64,000 bases of DNA, from assembly GCA_963675245.1 (NCBI GenBank), contig OY775910.1, forward strand, positions 32,001 through 96,000. Reading direction: 5' to 3'. Within the stretch, counting starts at the first letter, position 1. Each line of letters opens with the position of its first letter. The DNA is from Acholeplasmataceae bacterium. Lineage in GTDB: Bacteria > Bacillota_I > Bacilli_A > Acholeplasmatales > Acholeplasmataceae. Below are positions 19,475 through 30,369 of this stretch, piece by piece. The notes under the pieces are model-generated. The model searched no databases and had not been told where the DNA came from. It was given only the letters and a program-made list of their open reading frames with translations. A program made the translations under genes and the position numbers.

Positions 19475-20317
19475 CTATATCGATTGTTTATTAGAAACCA
19501 CATCTTTTTGGATTGCCCGTGTCCATAATTTTGAAGCTCCCACAAATAATTTAAATGTGATATACGACACTAGTGTAATACCAGCGAAATAAATGACGAT
19601 AAACATCAAAGCAGAAACATGTGGTTGAATCAAATTCAATATCACTAATCCTGTGTCATATGCAGGATTAATAAAGAACATATTGAAGGTTCCTGCATCT
19701 TGCATATAACGATTAAATAAACCATTTAATAGAATCGCGATTAAAATCACAACAGTCATTGGAATAACGCCTTTTAAGAGTGTTTTATAGGAATGTGATA
19801 CTTTACCCGAAAACACAAGCGCAAGCCCTACAGCGGCCATTGAGCCATGATAGAACATCGTTTGAATATTAATTCCTATTTCATTGACAAATACGGTTGC
19901 AGGATAGAACATAACTGCTAAACCTGCAAACAATGTGTAAGTAGCTAAAAAACTGGTTCCTAACTGATAGATTGTCTTATCTTTTGTGAATCCTACAATT
20001 AACATCGCATACATGGCAGTTGAACAAAATTGAAAAGGAAAAGCATACCATTGAAATTCCCAAACACCTGGACCTCTATATGTGAAAATAACTTGTTTAT
20101 AAACTTCAAAGATAATTAATGCTAGACCAATATTTCGTAACGTTCTTTTAACCCCTTGTTCATTTGTTTTCTTGAACTTAATCGTTAAAAGCACTGTATA
20201 AACAACCATTAATAACAGTGATAAATAATGAAACCAGCTTTGTTCAAAAGGTGCATAAGCGAGTGGTCGTTCCATCTTCAGTTCAAATAAATCTAAAAGT
20301 GCATTAAAAATCATCAT
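19475..20317 (-). CDS. YwaF/TMEM164-like integral membrane protein
   Basis: Multi-TM with FPFQFCS, FYHG and NMFFINP motifs. Confidence 0.7.
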   Translation of the reverse strand: MMIFNALLDLFELKMERPLAYAPFEQSWFHYLSLLLMVVYTVLLTIKFKKTNEQGVKRTLRNIGLALIIFEVYKQVIFTYRGPGVWEFQWYAFPFQFCSTAMYAMLIVGFTKDKTIYQLGTSFLATYTLFAGLAVMFYPATVFVNEIGINIQTMFYHGSMAAVGLALVFSGKVSHSYKTLLKGVIPMTVVILIAILLNGLFNRYMQDAGTFNMFFINPAYDTGLVILNLIQPHVSALMFIVIYFAGITLVSYITFKLFVGASKLWTRAIQKDVVSNKQSI

Positions 20318-20325
20318 AATTTACC

Positions 20326-22545
20326 TCACATGAAATCATAAGGTGACAATTCATCCAATGGTTCTCGTTCATCTTCCTTATCATTTGGTGTTTCATTTAG
20401 TCTTAAAGCTAATGTTGTTTTACGTTTACTTTGTAAGTGATTAGCAGCATATACTAAGAGATTCATATCTCCTAATACTATGAGATATTGTTTGGCCCTT
20501 GTAATAGCTGTATAAATTAATTCTTTTTTTAACATATGCATATAGGGTTTAACAATTGGCATCATCACAATCTTATATTCAGACCCTTGTGCTTTATGGA
20601 TAGAAATGGCATAAGCGAGATTCAGTTCATCTAAATCTTCTTTTAAATACATCACTTCATTATCATCAAATCTAACAACGAGATATTGTTTCTTATCAAC
20701 ATTGGTACCTACTTTGGTTACAATCCCAATATCACCATTCATGATGGCTCTTTCAGGATCATTTACAAGTTGAATCACCTTATCTCCTTTGGCGTAGATT
20801 TTATCTCCGAAGGTCATGAAATCAATTGGATCAGGATTAAAAGCTTGTTGCAATACTTGATTCAATCTATCAATACCTAATTCACCACGATACATAGGTG
20901 CCAACACTTGAATGTCATCAATCATGGAATAACCTTGATTAAGGGCTCCTTGGACTTGTTTAATAATAATTTGATGAATCTGTTTTAGATATGCATGATA
21001 TAAGTATACATCATTTACACTTTCTAAATCAACCATGTCTAGGTTTTGTTCATTTACTTTTCTCGCAAGCGTAATAATTTGCGAGTCTTTTGCTTGTCTA
21101 TGAATTTGATTAAGTCTAACAACTGTCACACGATTTGACGCAATAATATCATATAAGACTTGACCTGGTCCAACAGATGGTAGTTGGTCAACATCACCAA
21201 CAATGACTACCTGTGCATCAGATCTGATTGCTTGAAATAATTGGTGTGCTAAATAAAGATCAATCATCGATGCTTCATCAATCACAATCAATTCTTGAGG
21301 GAGTGGTTGTGATTTATCATAGGCAAACAATCCATCATAACCATAACCTAAATGACGATGAATGGTGGATGCTTGTAAATCTAGAATTTCTTTAATGCGT
21401 TTCGCTGCTCTGCCTGTGGGAGCAAGCAATGCAACTTTTTGATACAATATTGGTCCACGATCTTTTAAATTATGATAAAGTCGATAAACTTCGATTAACC
21501 CGTCAATGATAGTCGTTTTACCAGTACCGGGTCCACCTGTGATAATCGTCACTTTATGTGTTAACGATTGCCTGATTGCATCCTTTTGTACGTCTGTATA
21601 TATTATGTTCTTTTGAAGCTCAACAGCATCAATAAGCGTATCAATATAATTGATATCTGCCGCTTCTAATGGTGTTTGTTCTATAGTTAAAAGTTCTTTT
21701 GCTAATGCTTTTTCAGTATGGTATGAGACAGATAAATAGTAACGATCATTTTCTATGATTAATCTATTTTCTTCTTGAAGTGCATGGATACCATCTTCAA
21801 TATCGACGTCTAAATTGAGTGTTTGAGCCGTATACTTAAATAATTCGTCTTTATTTAGATATAAATCACCATTCGCATAAGCTACATGTTCAAATGTATA
21901 AAGTATCGCTGCCTTAATACGGCGCATATCATCTTTATCAATGCCTAGTTTATGGGCAATTTCATCTGCTTTTAAAAAACCTATCCCTTCGATATCATCA
22001 ATTAATCTATATGGATTTTCCTCAATTTTTTCAATGGTTAACAATTCATATTTATCAATTAATTTCATCGCGATTTTTCCAGAAATATTATAACCATAGA
22101 GCGTTACCAACATGTGTTCATTTGCTTGATGTTCAATAATTTGATCATATAATTTTTTAATACGTATAGCCGATAAACCAACCGCTTCAAGTACTTGAGG
22201 ATTTTTTACAATTTGGTTGATTGCATCAGACCCTAATGTTTCAACTATTTTCTCGGCAGTTTTTGGACCAATACCAGTAAAAAAAGAAGACGATAAGTAA
22301 CTTACGACGCCTGAAAGTGATTGTGCTTCAGCTTTTTTAAAGGTTTCTACTTTTAATTGTTTACCATATGTTTGATGATGAACCCATTCACCTTTAAATT
22401 CATAGATGACATCTTCACTAATTTTAGGTAAATACCCTACAATCGTAACTAAGTCTTCTTCATCTGTAATCACACGAGCCACAGAATAACCGTTTTCGTC
22501 ATTACGAAATACATAATTTTTAATTTTGCCTTGAATTTGATCCAT
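20326..22545 (-). CDS. recD2: ATP-dependent RecD-like helicase
   Basis: HhH GIGPKTA, GGPGTGKT, LAPTGRAA, DEASM, GDVDQLPSV and AISIHKAQGSE motifs. Confidence 0.95.
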   Translation of the reverse strand: MDQIQGKIKNYVFRNDENGYSVARVITDEEDLVTIVGYLPKISEDVIYEFKGEWVHHQTYGKQLKVETFKKAEAQSLSGVVSYLSSSFFTGIGPKTAEKIVETLGSDAINQIVKNPQVLEAVGLSAIRIKKLYDQIIEHQANEHMLVTLYGYNISGKIAMKLIDKYELLTIEKIEENPYRLIDDIEGIGFLKADEIAHKLGIDKDDMRRIKAAILYTFEHVAYANGDLYLNKDELFKYTAQTLNLDVDIEDGIHALQEENRLIIENDRYYLSVSYHTEKALAKELLTIEQTPLEAADINYIDTLIDAVELQKNIIYTDVQKDAIRQSLTHKVTIITGGPGTGKTTIIDGLIEVYRLYHNLKDRGPILYQKVALLAPTGRAAKRIKEILDLQASTIHRHLGYGYDGLFAYDKSQPLPQELIVIDEASMIDLYLAHQLFQAIRSDAQVVIVGDVDQLPSVGPGQVLYDIIASNRVTVVRLNQIHRQAKDSQIITLARKVNEQNLDMVDLESVNDVYLYHAYLKQIHQIIIKQVQGALNQGYSMIDDIQVLAPMYRGELGIDRLNQVLQQAFNPDPIDFMTFGDKIYAKGDKVIQLVNDPERAIMNGDIGIVTKVGTNVDKKQYLVVRFDDNEVMYLKEDLDELNLAYAISIHKAQGSEYKIVMMPIVKPYMHMLKKELIYTAITRAKQYLIVLGDMNLLVYAANHLQSKRKTTLALRLNETPNDKEDEREPLDELSPYDFM

Positions 22546-22608
22546 TTGACACCTCAAATATAGCCGTATTATATCATAATAATAGAAAAAAAAGGAACAA
22601 AGTTCCTT

Positions 22609-23739
22609 TTAACTATATTGTCTAAGTTTACCTTCACTAAATGCTTTGTCAATGAATCCACCACCCAAACAAACATCACCATCATAGAAGACACAAACTT
22701 GTCCAGGTGTGACTGCTTTAATTTTTTGTGGGTATGTGACTCGTATGGTAGTATCATCCATCCATGAGACCATGACATCATTGTCTTTCTGGCGATATCT
22801 AAATTTAGCCGTCATTTTACCGGATTTCTTTTCACCACGCCAAACGACATCAGTGATGATTGCTTCATCCGTAAATAAATTGGGATGATTTTTATTTGGT
22901 TCCACATAGAGGGTATTGGTCTTTAAATCTTTACCGACAACATACCATGCGTCAATCGTATCTTTGGTCCCACCGATGCCCAGTCCTTTACGCTGACCTA
23001 TTGTATAATTCATAAGGCCACTATGTTTCTTAATGATAGTACCATCTAATCGCTTCATATCTCCTGGTTGTGCTGGTAGGTAATTCGATAAAAATTCATT
23101 AAAATGTCTTTCACCAATAAAACAAATGCCTGTTGAATCTTTCTTATCAGCTGTTGCTAATCCTTCTCTTTCAGCGATCTTTCTCACTTCTTTTTTATCT
23201 AAATGTCCAATTGGGAATAAAACATTTTTTAATTGATCACTTCTGAGCTGTGATAAAAAATAGGTTTGATCTTTATTTTGATCTACTGCTCTTAAAAGTC
23301 TTGGTTCATCACCACTTAAATCAACTTGTGCATAATGACCCATCGCGATATAATCTGCATCAAAACGTTTAACATAATCAACAAATGCCTTAAATTTGAT
23401 TTCATTATTACAAAGCACATCAGGGTTTGGTGTTCTATTTTTCTTATATTCATCTAAAAAGTATGTAAATACGCGATCCCAATAGTCTTCAATAAAATCG
23501 ACTTTATGCAGTAAAATTCCTAATTTTTCAGCAACTAATTTCGCATCCTGATAATCTTTTTCTTGTTCACAAACTTCATCAAATGCTGTCGGATTACCTT
23601 TGAAATCCAAATTGGTAGCTGAATCCCAATTACGCATAAAAACGGCTTCTACGTCATAGCCGTCTTTAAGTAGTAGGTAGGCAGCAACACTGCTATCTAC
23701 ACCACCAGATAATCCTATAATAACTTTTTTCTTGTTCAT
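22609..23739 (-). CDS. mnmA: tRNA 2-thiouridylase
   Basis: SGGVDSS, TPNPDVLCN, KDQTYFL, DSTGICFIGE and TPGQ motifs. Confidence 0.97.
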   Translation of the reverse strand: MNKKKVIIGLSGGVDSSVAAYLLLKDGYDVEAVFMRNWDSATNLDFKGNPTAFDEVCEQEKDYQDAKLVAEKLGILLHKVDFIEDYWDRVFTYFLDEYKKNRTPNPDVLCNNEIKFKAFVDYVKRFDADYIAMGHYAQVDLSGDEPRLLRAVDQNKDQTYFLSQLRSDQLKNVLFPIGHLDKKEVRKIAEREGLATADKKDSTGICFIGERHFNEFLSNYLPAQPGDMKRLDGTIIKKHSGLMNYTIGQRKGLGIGGTKDTIDAWYVVGKDLKTNTLYVEPNKNHPNLFTDEAIITDVVWRGEKKSGKMTAKFRYRQKDNDVMVSWMDDTTIRVTYPQKIKAVTPGQVCVFYDGDVCLGGGFIDKAFSEGKLRQYS

Positions 23740-23744
23740 TTAAA

Positions 23745-25601
23745 TCACTTTTTCTCGATATCTGAAGGCATACGGTATTCTCCTCTTGGAGATAAAGACA
23801 TACTTAAAATCTTTGGTCCTTCAGGTAAGGTTGTTCGTTTATATTGTTGACTGTAAAAACGCTTAAAAAAGCGATTTACATAAATTTCTACTTCTTTATC
23901 GTCTAAATCAAAGGCTTTTTTGACCAACCACGATATTTTGTTTTCGTCAGATCCTTGCACTAAATGATGGAATAAAATGAAATCATTGATTTCATATTTA
24001 CCGATTGCACTTTCTGTTTCTTGATTTTCTTTAAGTTCAGGGCTTATAGGTGTGTCTAATATGGTTTGAAGGGTCTCTTTTAAATCATGGTAATGCTGAT
24101 CTCTATGGTAGCCAATCAGTAATTTCACCCATGTCTTTGGTAAACCTGCATTAACAGCATACATGCTTTGTTGATCACCATTATATGTCATCCATCCAAG
24201 TGCTATCTCTGACATATCACCTGTGCCTAAAACAAATCCGCCATATTTATTTGCTAAGTCCATTAAAATCATAGTTCTATATCTTGCTTGTGCATTTTCA
24301 TATGTCACATCAATATCGCTATGATTAATGGTTTTAAGATGTTTTGCAACGTCATCAGCAATTGGTATTTCAAGCATAGTTACCCCAAGACCTTCCATCA
24401 ATTCTAATGCTGATGTTTTAGTCTTTTCGGATGTCGCATGAGCAGGCATCGTTACTGCAATGATATCCTTAGGATCTCTGCCTAACGTAAGTATTGCTTG
24501 ATGTGAGACTAATAATGCGAGTGCTGAATCAAGTCCACCTGATACACCAATAATAATCTTATTTGCAGATTTAGGTAACGATGTCAATTTTTTGATTAAC
24601 CCATAAATTTGTAAATGATTTCCCACTTTAACATCTTCATCAAGATGATTTTTGTTGATGAATGGTGTTTGATCAAGTGGTTTTTCAAATTCATATAGAT
24701 GCGTCTCTAACACATCAAATGGTATGATTTGATAAGTATGTGCGACTTGCATATGCTTATCTCGATATGTGGAGTCTTGTCGTTTTTGATAATTAATACC
24801 TGTCATGTCAAGATCTGCTACCAATAAGTCGTCATTCAAATCAAAAGGTAATGATTCGACTATCATCTCGCCTTGAGCTGCGATTAATTTATGGCTTGAA
24901 TAAACCACTTCGGCTGATGACTCATGATGGCCGGTAGACGTGTAAACATAAGCAGCCATTTGTTTTCTTGAATGATCTAAAACAACGTGTCTTCTTAATT
25001 GTTGCTTGCCGACAAACTCAGAACTAGCTGATAAATTGAATATTAAGTTCGCACCTGCTAAACTCATTTCATCAGATGGTGAATATGTCGCCCAAATATC
25101 TTGACAAATTTCAATCCCAAATCTAACGTGATGTTCCAAATCTTCAAACATCATGTAACCAAATGGTACATCTTGACCCAAAAAGGGAATATGTGTCATC
25201 TTTGTTTCCATACCACTATGAAACCAACGTTTTTCATAAAACTCATGAAAATTAGGTAAATAGTGTTTGGGAATAACACCTAATATTTTGTCTCTTTGGA
25301 TAACGACAGCACAATTATAAAGCACGCCATAAATATCTAGTGCTGCACCTAAAATGTAGACACCTTGATAAGTCGTTTCTTTCATAATTTTTTTAATTGA
25401 GTCATCAGATGCTTTAATAAAAGCTTCTTGGTAAAAAAGATCACTTGCAGAATAACCAGTAACGGTTAATTCAGGAAAGACAGTGATGGATGCTTTTGAC
25501 GTGTTTAATTGTTTTAATATTTCTTTTTGGTTATGTGCAATATTACCAACTTTAATCGCTGGTGTTGCTGCAGCAACCTTTAAAAAACCATACTGATACA
25601 T
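23745..25601 (-). CDS. nadE: Glutamine-dependent NAD+ synthetase
   Basis: N-terminal nitrilase domain (FPEL, PKHYLPN, EICQD) plus synthetase SGGLDS, ENAQAR and GTGDMSE. Confidence 0.95.
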   Translation of the reverse strand: MYQYGFLKVAAATPAIKVGNIAHNQKEILKQLNTSKASITVFPELTVTGYSASDLFYQEAFIKASDDSIKKIMKETTYQGVYILGAALDIYGVLYNCAVVIQRDKILGVIPKHYLPNFHEFYEKRWFHSGMETKMTHIPFLGQDVPFGYMMFEDLEHHVRFGIEICQDIWATYSPSDEMSLAGANLIFNLSASSEFVGKQQLRRHVVLDHSRKQMAAYVYTSTGHHESSAEVVYSSHKLIAAQGEMIVESLPFDLNDDLLVADLDMTGINYQKRQDSTYRDKHMQVAHTYQIIPFDVLETHLYEFEKPLDQTPFINKNHLDEDVKVGNHLQIYGLIKKLTSLPKSANKIIIGVSGGLDSALALLVSHQAILTLGRDPKDIIAVTMPAHATSEKTKTSALELMEGLGVTMLEIPIADDVAKHLKTINHSDIDVTYENAQARYRTMILMDLANKYGGFVLGTGDMSEIALGWMTYNGDQQSMYAVNAGLPKTWVKLLIGYHRDQHYHDLKETLQTILDTPISPELKENQETESAIGKYEINDFILFHHLVQGSDENKISWLVKKAFDLDDKEVEIYVNRFFKRFYSQQYKRTTLPEGPKILSMSLSPRGEYRMPSDIEKK

Positions 25602-25606
25602 ACTAA

Positions 25607-26167
25607 TTATTCTCCGTATAAATTATTTTCTTTAATATACGCTAAAACGGCTGGATCCAAATGTTTTTCATAACCGTATTTTTTCATTCTTACTTCTGTT
25701 GATGCGGCAGGATGATCAAATTGAATGTATCTAAAATCATGTTCTAATCCTTGTACATAAAATTCTGCATCATCTGGATGCATACTATTACGCATCATGA
25801 TGACAAATGGGTACTTCGCCAATAAGTCTTTATAATTAATCCATGATTCAATTTCAGGTAATTGATCTGACCCAATGACATAACATAAATCATCATATTC
25901 ATTTGAGAGTTTATCAAGACTTGCAAGTGTCCCTTCATAAGGACCTTTTATTTCTAGTTCATTTATAATCACGCGTTCAATACCAAAAAGCGTTATTTTC
26001 AGCATATTAACGCGATGAAAAACATCTATTAGCCCTATTTTTTTATAGTCATTTCCAACTGGAACAACAATAACTTCTGATTGGGGATCTTGCTTGAGTA
26101 ACGTTTCAATAATACGCTTATGTGCTAACGTTGGCGGATTAAATGATCCCCCATAGACATAGATCAT
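25607..26167 (-). CDS. nadD: Nicotinate-nucleotide adenylyltransferase
   Basis: YGGSFNPPTLAH, IGSD, ASTEVR; directly upstream of nadE. Confidence 0.92.
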   Translation of the reverse strand: MIYVYGGSFNPPTLAHKRIIETLLKQDPQSEVIVVPVGNDYKKIGLIDVFHRVNMLKITLFGIERVIINELEIKGPYEGTLASLDKLSNEYDDLCYVIGSDQLPEIESWINYKDLLAKYPFVIMMRNSMHPDDAEFYVQGLEHDFRYIQFDHPAASTEVRMKKYGYEKHLDPAVLAYIKENNLYGE

Positions 26168-26321
26168 AGCATCACCACTTCTATTATATCATTATTTTGA
26201 GGTCATTAAGCCACTTTATATTACCTGTTTCTTACAATGCATTATTCTTTAAATATATTATAAATATTGATATAATTTAGATAGGTTATGGATAAAGCAT
26301 AACAAAGGAGTGTTGAAGTTT

Positions 26322-26744
26322 ATGGATTTAAAAGAACGATATTATCAAAAAATTAGATCTAAAAAGCTTCGTTTGACAAAAGCACGTCAAGCGATGATTG
26401 AAATCTTAGAAGATAAACATTTAACATTTAAAGAAATTCAGAAAGCATTATCAAGCCGTGGTTTTTATAATGTATCAACGATTTATAATAATTTGGAATT
26501 CTTAGTTGATAATAAAATGGTTGTAGAACTTTATATCAACAATGTTAAATATTACGATCTTGCATTAGATAATCCAATGCATAGCGCTGATTCTCATATT
26601 CATATTATGAATAAGGAAACCAACGAAATTATGGAAATTGTAAGTCCAGAAATTTTTGAGTTCATTCAAAATAATGAACATTTCAAAGATTTAAATCTAG
26701 ACTATATAAGGATCATCATTTCTGCAAGCAAAAAGCGTAAATAA
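26322..26744 (+). CDS. Fur-family transcriptional regulator lacking Cys
   Basis: LRLTKARQAM, STIYNNL and SHIH; no CxxC motifs. Confidence 0.8.
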   Translation: MDLKERYYQKIRSKKLRLTKARQAMIEILEDKHLTFKEIQKALSSRGFYNVSTIYNNLEFLVDNKMVVELYINNVKYYDLALDNPMHSADSHIHIMNKETNEIMEIVSPEIFEFIQNNEHFKDLNLDYIRIIISASKKRK

Positions 26745-26745
26745 G

Positions 26746-26772
26746 AAAGTGTGACACCGTCACACTTTTTTT
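26746..26772. terminator. Terminator between convergent genes
   Basis: AAAGTGTGAC-ACC-GTCACACTTTTTT. Confidence 0.8.
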
Positions 26773-27229
26773 ATGCACTAATTTCACTTGCCCAAGATTT
26801 AGCTTTTTCGACGGCATCTTGAGCAAGTGGTCCTTCTGTACCTTCTACATAATAATAAGTACTCTCTATCTTTTTAAAACCTAATTTAACAAATTGCTTG
26901 GTCATTGCATCATTTGCGTAACCAAACTTTTTTACCATAAATCCTAATAAATTGTTATCTTGTTTGTCGACATCAATTCTTGTGTCAAATATCGCAACTT
27001 TCTCAATATGATGATTGACATTTTTCAAACTCTTAATAAATTTAAGAATAATTTTAGAAGCGGTAAAAGCGCGAGTGGGTGAACCCACTATTAATATAGA
27101 TAAGTCTCTTAATAAGTCAAGCGATATCTCATCAATACGAACCGCTTTAGTATGTAGTGTATCAGCAATCGTTTGAGCAATCTTTTCAGTGTTTCCAAAC
27201 ACTGAGTCATATACAACTAAAGATGTCAT
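26771..27229 (-). CDS. Flavodoxin
   Basis: YDSVFGNTEKIA, VGSPT and AIFDTR motifs. Confidence 0.88.
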   Translation of the reverse strand: MTSLVVYDSVFGNTEKIAQTIADTLHTKAVRIDEISLDLLRDLSILIVGSPTRAFTASKIILKFIKSLKNVNHHIEKVAIFDTRIDVDKQDNNLLGFMVKKFGYANDAMTKQFVKLGFKKIESTYYYVEGTEGPLAQDAVEKAKSWASEISA

Positions 27230-27237
27230 AAATCCTC

Positions 27238-28131
27238 CTATTTACGTTCAGCTACTCTTAATTTAGCTGATCTAGATCTTGAATTTTCTGCCATCTCTTC
27301 ATCACTAGGATAGATTGGTTTTTTTGTGATGATATTAAGTGTTGTCAAATCCACTGGCAGAATGGGTAAATTTTTTGGTATATGCATTTCACTGTTTTCT
27401 TTAAAAAAGTGTTTAACAATGCGATCTTCTAATGAATGAAATGTAATAATTGAGAATCTACCTCCAGGATTTAACATGTCATGTGCATCTTTTAATACGT
27501 TCTCTAAAGCATCTAGTTCACCATTAACAGCAATACGTAATGCTTGGAATACACGTTTAGCACTATGTCCTTTTTGCTTATAATTTACTTCATCGCATAT
27601 ATGTACTAATTCACTTGTCATTTCTAATGGTCTTTTACTGAGAATGCGAGAAGCAATCTTCCAACTGTTTTTTTCTTCACCATAAACATAAAAGATTCTT
27701 GCTAATTCTTCTTCAGAATAAGTATTTATGATATCTTTTGCTGATAATGTTTGTTCTGGATTCATTCTCATATCAAGATGCGCATTTCTAATATATGAAA
27801 AACCTCTTGAAGCATCATCAATTTGAAATGAAGATAATCCTAAGTCTAATAGGATACCGTCAATCTTTTTGATGCCCAATTGATGAAGTTCATGTTTTAA
27901 ATCCTTAAAGTTGGCATGAATATAAGTGACACGTTCATCACTTAAGAATTTTTTTGCATAATCGATGGCAAATTGATCTTGATCAAAAGTAATAAGTCTC
28001 CCTGTAGTCAAGTGTTTAAGTATTTCTTTAGAATGACCACCACCACCTAGTGTACCATCAACATAAATACCATCAGGTTTGATATTTAAACCATTCACAG
28101 TTTCATTTTTTAATACCGTCACATGTTTCAT
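27238..28131 (-). CDS. rsmH: 16S rRNA m4C1402 methyltransferase
   Basis: DGTLGGGGHS, DLGLSSFQID, FQALRIAVNGEL, FHSLEDRIVK and SRSAKLR motifs. Confidence 0.97.
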   Translation of the reverse strand: MKHVTVLKNETVNGLNIKPDGIYVDGTLGGGGHSKEILKHLTTGRLITFDQDQFAIDYAKKFLSDERVTYIHANFKDLKHELHQLGIKKIDGILLDLGLSSFQIDDASRGFSYIRNAHLDMRMNPEQTLSAKDIINTYSEEELARIFYVYGEEKNSWKIASRILSKRPLEMTSELVHICDEVNYKQKGHSAKRVFQALRIAVNGELDALENVLKDAHDMLNPGGRFSIITFHSLEDRIVKHFFKENSEMHIPKNLPILPVDLTTLNIITKKPIYPSDEEMAENSRSRSAKLRVAERK

Positions 28132-28195
28132 CAGCCATACTTCCCTTCTATATACATTATACCAAAGAAAAAGGTGCTCTTAAGCACCCTTTCTT

Positions 28196-28387
28196 TTAAT
28201 CCTCTTTGGATTCCTTTGTAGCTAATACTTTCTGACCCTTGTAGTATCCGCTATTTGGCGTTACACGGTGTGGTAATGTGAATTCACCCGTTTGTGGGCA
28301 AACCACTAAAGCTGGCGCAGTTAATTTATAATGCGTTCTTCTTTTACGTTTACGTGCTTTACCTGTTCGACGAAATGGAACAGCCAT
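28196..28387 (-). CDS. rpmF: 50S ribosomal protein L32
   Basis: [19 protein letters not shown]...PHRV...GYYKG. Confidence 0.95.
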   Translation of the reverse strand: MAVPFRRTGKARKRKRRTHYKLTAPALVVCPQTGEFTLPHRVTPNSGYYKGQKVLATKESKED

Positions 28388-28831
28388 TCAGTCACCTCCT
28401 ATTTTTTTCAAGAATTGTTCAAGATCAGCAAATGCAGGATGTGGACTTTTCTTTTTATTAAATTCCAATTTTTGTGCATCCGGATGATAAACAACGAGTG
28501 GCTTTTCTGAGAGAATATAGCCAAATATAATATCCGAGAATGGGATTTGATCTTCTAAGACAAAATCCGCATCTTCATCATTACCAAATATAATTGTTTC
28601 TTTCGCTTCCATGTGATAACTCACTGGTTTCAGTGTTTTAGCACATGCTAATGTCATGTCAACTTCAATCACAACTTCCATGGTCAGAAGGTCATTGTGA
28701 AACGTCATGTCAGCATGAACTTTAGCTGGTTTAATCGCAATCATATCAGGTATGTTCTCAATAGCATCATGATAATCGTAGATGAGAGATATTGAGGGCT
28801 TGTCTCTTAAATCTTTCAAAGCTAATTTCAT
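28388..28831 (-). CDS. DUF177/YceD family protein
   Basis: Conserved position upstream of rpmF; CAKTLKPV and C-terminal PAFADL; TTGACT-17-TATAAT promoter upstream. Confidence 0.8.
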   Translation of the reverse strand: MKLALKDLRDKPSISLIYDYHDAIENIPDMIAIKPAKVHADMTFHNDLLTMEVVIEVDMTLACAKTLKPVSYHMEAKETIIFGNDEDADFVLEDQIPFSDIIFGYILSEKPLVVYHPDAQKLEFNKKKSPHPAFADLEQFLKKIGGD

Positions 28832-28898
28832 AAAAACACCTCAACGAAAGTATTATACATGATGGGTATATAAAAGTCAACGAAATAAGGTAGTTATC

Positions 28899-30281
28899 CT
28901 ATACTTTGCTCGCTCTAATACGTTCTTTTAACATTTGTAAGACATTTTGTTCTTTTTCACTAAGTAGTGGTTGCTCTAGTGGTTGGCTATCCAAGCGTTG
29001 ATTACGTAAATGAATAAGGAATTTTTGATTGTTTGATAGTGTAAGTTCTGCGTTTAGAACTGAGTATTTTGGACGTGTATCATTATCAAATTTAATGGAT
29101 GTTTCTACTGAAATTACATCAAAATAATTAAATTCTTGTGCACGATCATGTCCAATATATCCACTACGGTGATCAATATTGCATTGATAGATAAACAGTG
29201 TTTCTTTACCATAATATAAAATAGTGACGTATGCCTGATCGAAATAAAGTTTATTTTCACCATCTTTTTCAACTTCTAAATGATACTTGACTTCATCTCT
29301 ATTTGAAAAAGAATCTGGTACAGTAATTAAGACTTGTTGATAATAGTCTTTTTCATTAATACCTAATAATGATTTAGCTCTTTTCTGAGCTTCAAAATAA
29401 TCTTTTTTAATAAGGACATCAATTTGACCTTTAGCCTTTGCTTTAAGATGTTTAAATATTTTATTTGTATATTTAATGCGATTTTTAAAAAGTTTTTCTC
29501 CAACTTCGTTTGATTCCTTATATTTTGTTGGTTTGACTTTTCTTGGTGCTTTGATCTTTATACCCTTTTCTTCTTCAAGAACCAATTTTTCATCAATTAG
29601 TGGTAGATCTTCTTCAACTACTTCTGCAACTTTCTTATCTGAATGCTTGACAAAATAGATGATGGTAACTATAAAAGGTACAACAAACGGGACGCTGACT
29701 AATGCTGCTTCAACGTAAGTGTAAGTGAGGAAGTACCATGCTGCTACACCAGCAAGAATACCTAGTATATAGTAAACGAATGAAACGATAACAATAACGT
29801 GCTTTACTTTAGCATTCATAGGAATGACAAAGAGAATACCTGTGATAAGTAACAAACCTGCTACACCGATAGTGTAAAGATCCATTGTTGCTAATAGTTC
29901 TAAATACTGAACAACGATGCCTAATGCACCAAATAAAATAGCAAAAATAGCAACTAAAATAAGCACTTGCGTACCTTTAGGCTCAATAATTCCTTCTTCA
30001 GGTTCAAGCATGAGTTTCTTGCGAATAGCAGGAACGTCTTCTTTAACCTTTTTAGGTTCTTTAGGTGTTTTCTCTTTTTTAACTTTTTCAGGTTTCTTTT
30101 TAGGTGCTTTTGATTCAGGTGTCACCATTTTCTTAGTTGATGATTCTACTACTTCATCAGGTGATTCCTTTGGTTGTTCTAGATCAGCTTCAGGTTGTAC
30201 GTCAACTTCAACTTTAGTAGCTTCTCCTTCAACCTTCTCATTTTCATTGATTACCGCTTCTTTTTTCTTTTCATCAGCCAT
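28899..30281 (-). CDS. Hypothetical membrane protein (K/E-rich N-terminus, 4 TM, large soluble C-terminal domain)
   Basis: 460-aa ORF with an RBS-like purine run upstream and clear three-part composition. Confidence 0.8.
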   Translation of the reverse strand: MADEKKKEAVINENEKVEGEATKVEVDVQPEADLEQPKESPDEVVESSTKKMVTPESKAPKKKPEKVKKEKTPKEPKKVKEDVPAIRKKLMLEPEEGIIEPKGTQVLILVAIFAILFGALGIVVQYLELLATMDLYTIGVAGLLLITGILFVIPMNAKVKHVIVIVSFVYYILGILAGVAAWYFLTYTYVEAALVSVPFVVPFIVTIIYFVKHSDKKVAEVVEEDLPLIDEKLVLEEEKGIKIKAPRKVKPTKYKESNEVGEKLFKNRIKYTNKIFKHLKAKAKGQIDVLIKKDYFEAQKRAKSLLGINEKDYYQQVLITVPDSFSNRDEVKYHLEVEKDGENKLYFDQAYVTILYYGKETLFIYQCNIDHRSGYIGHDRAQEFNYFDVISVETSIKFDNDTRPKYSVLNAELTLSNNQKFLIHLRNQRLDSQPLEQPLLSEKEQNVLQMLKERIRASKV

Positions 30282-30369
30282 AACATAACCACCCCTTCAT
30301 TTACACTTTAATTGTATAAAAATTATATAAATTAGTCAAATAGAAATACTAGAAAATCGCATAATAACG

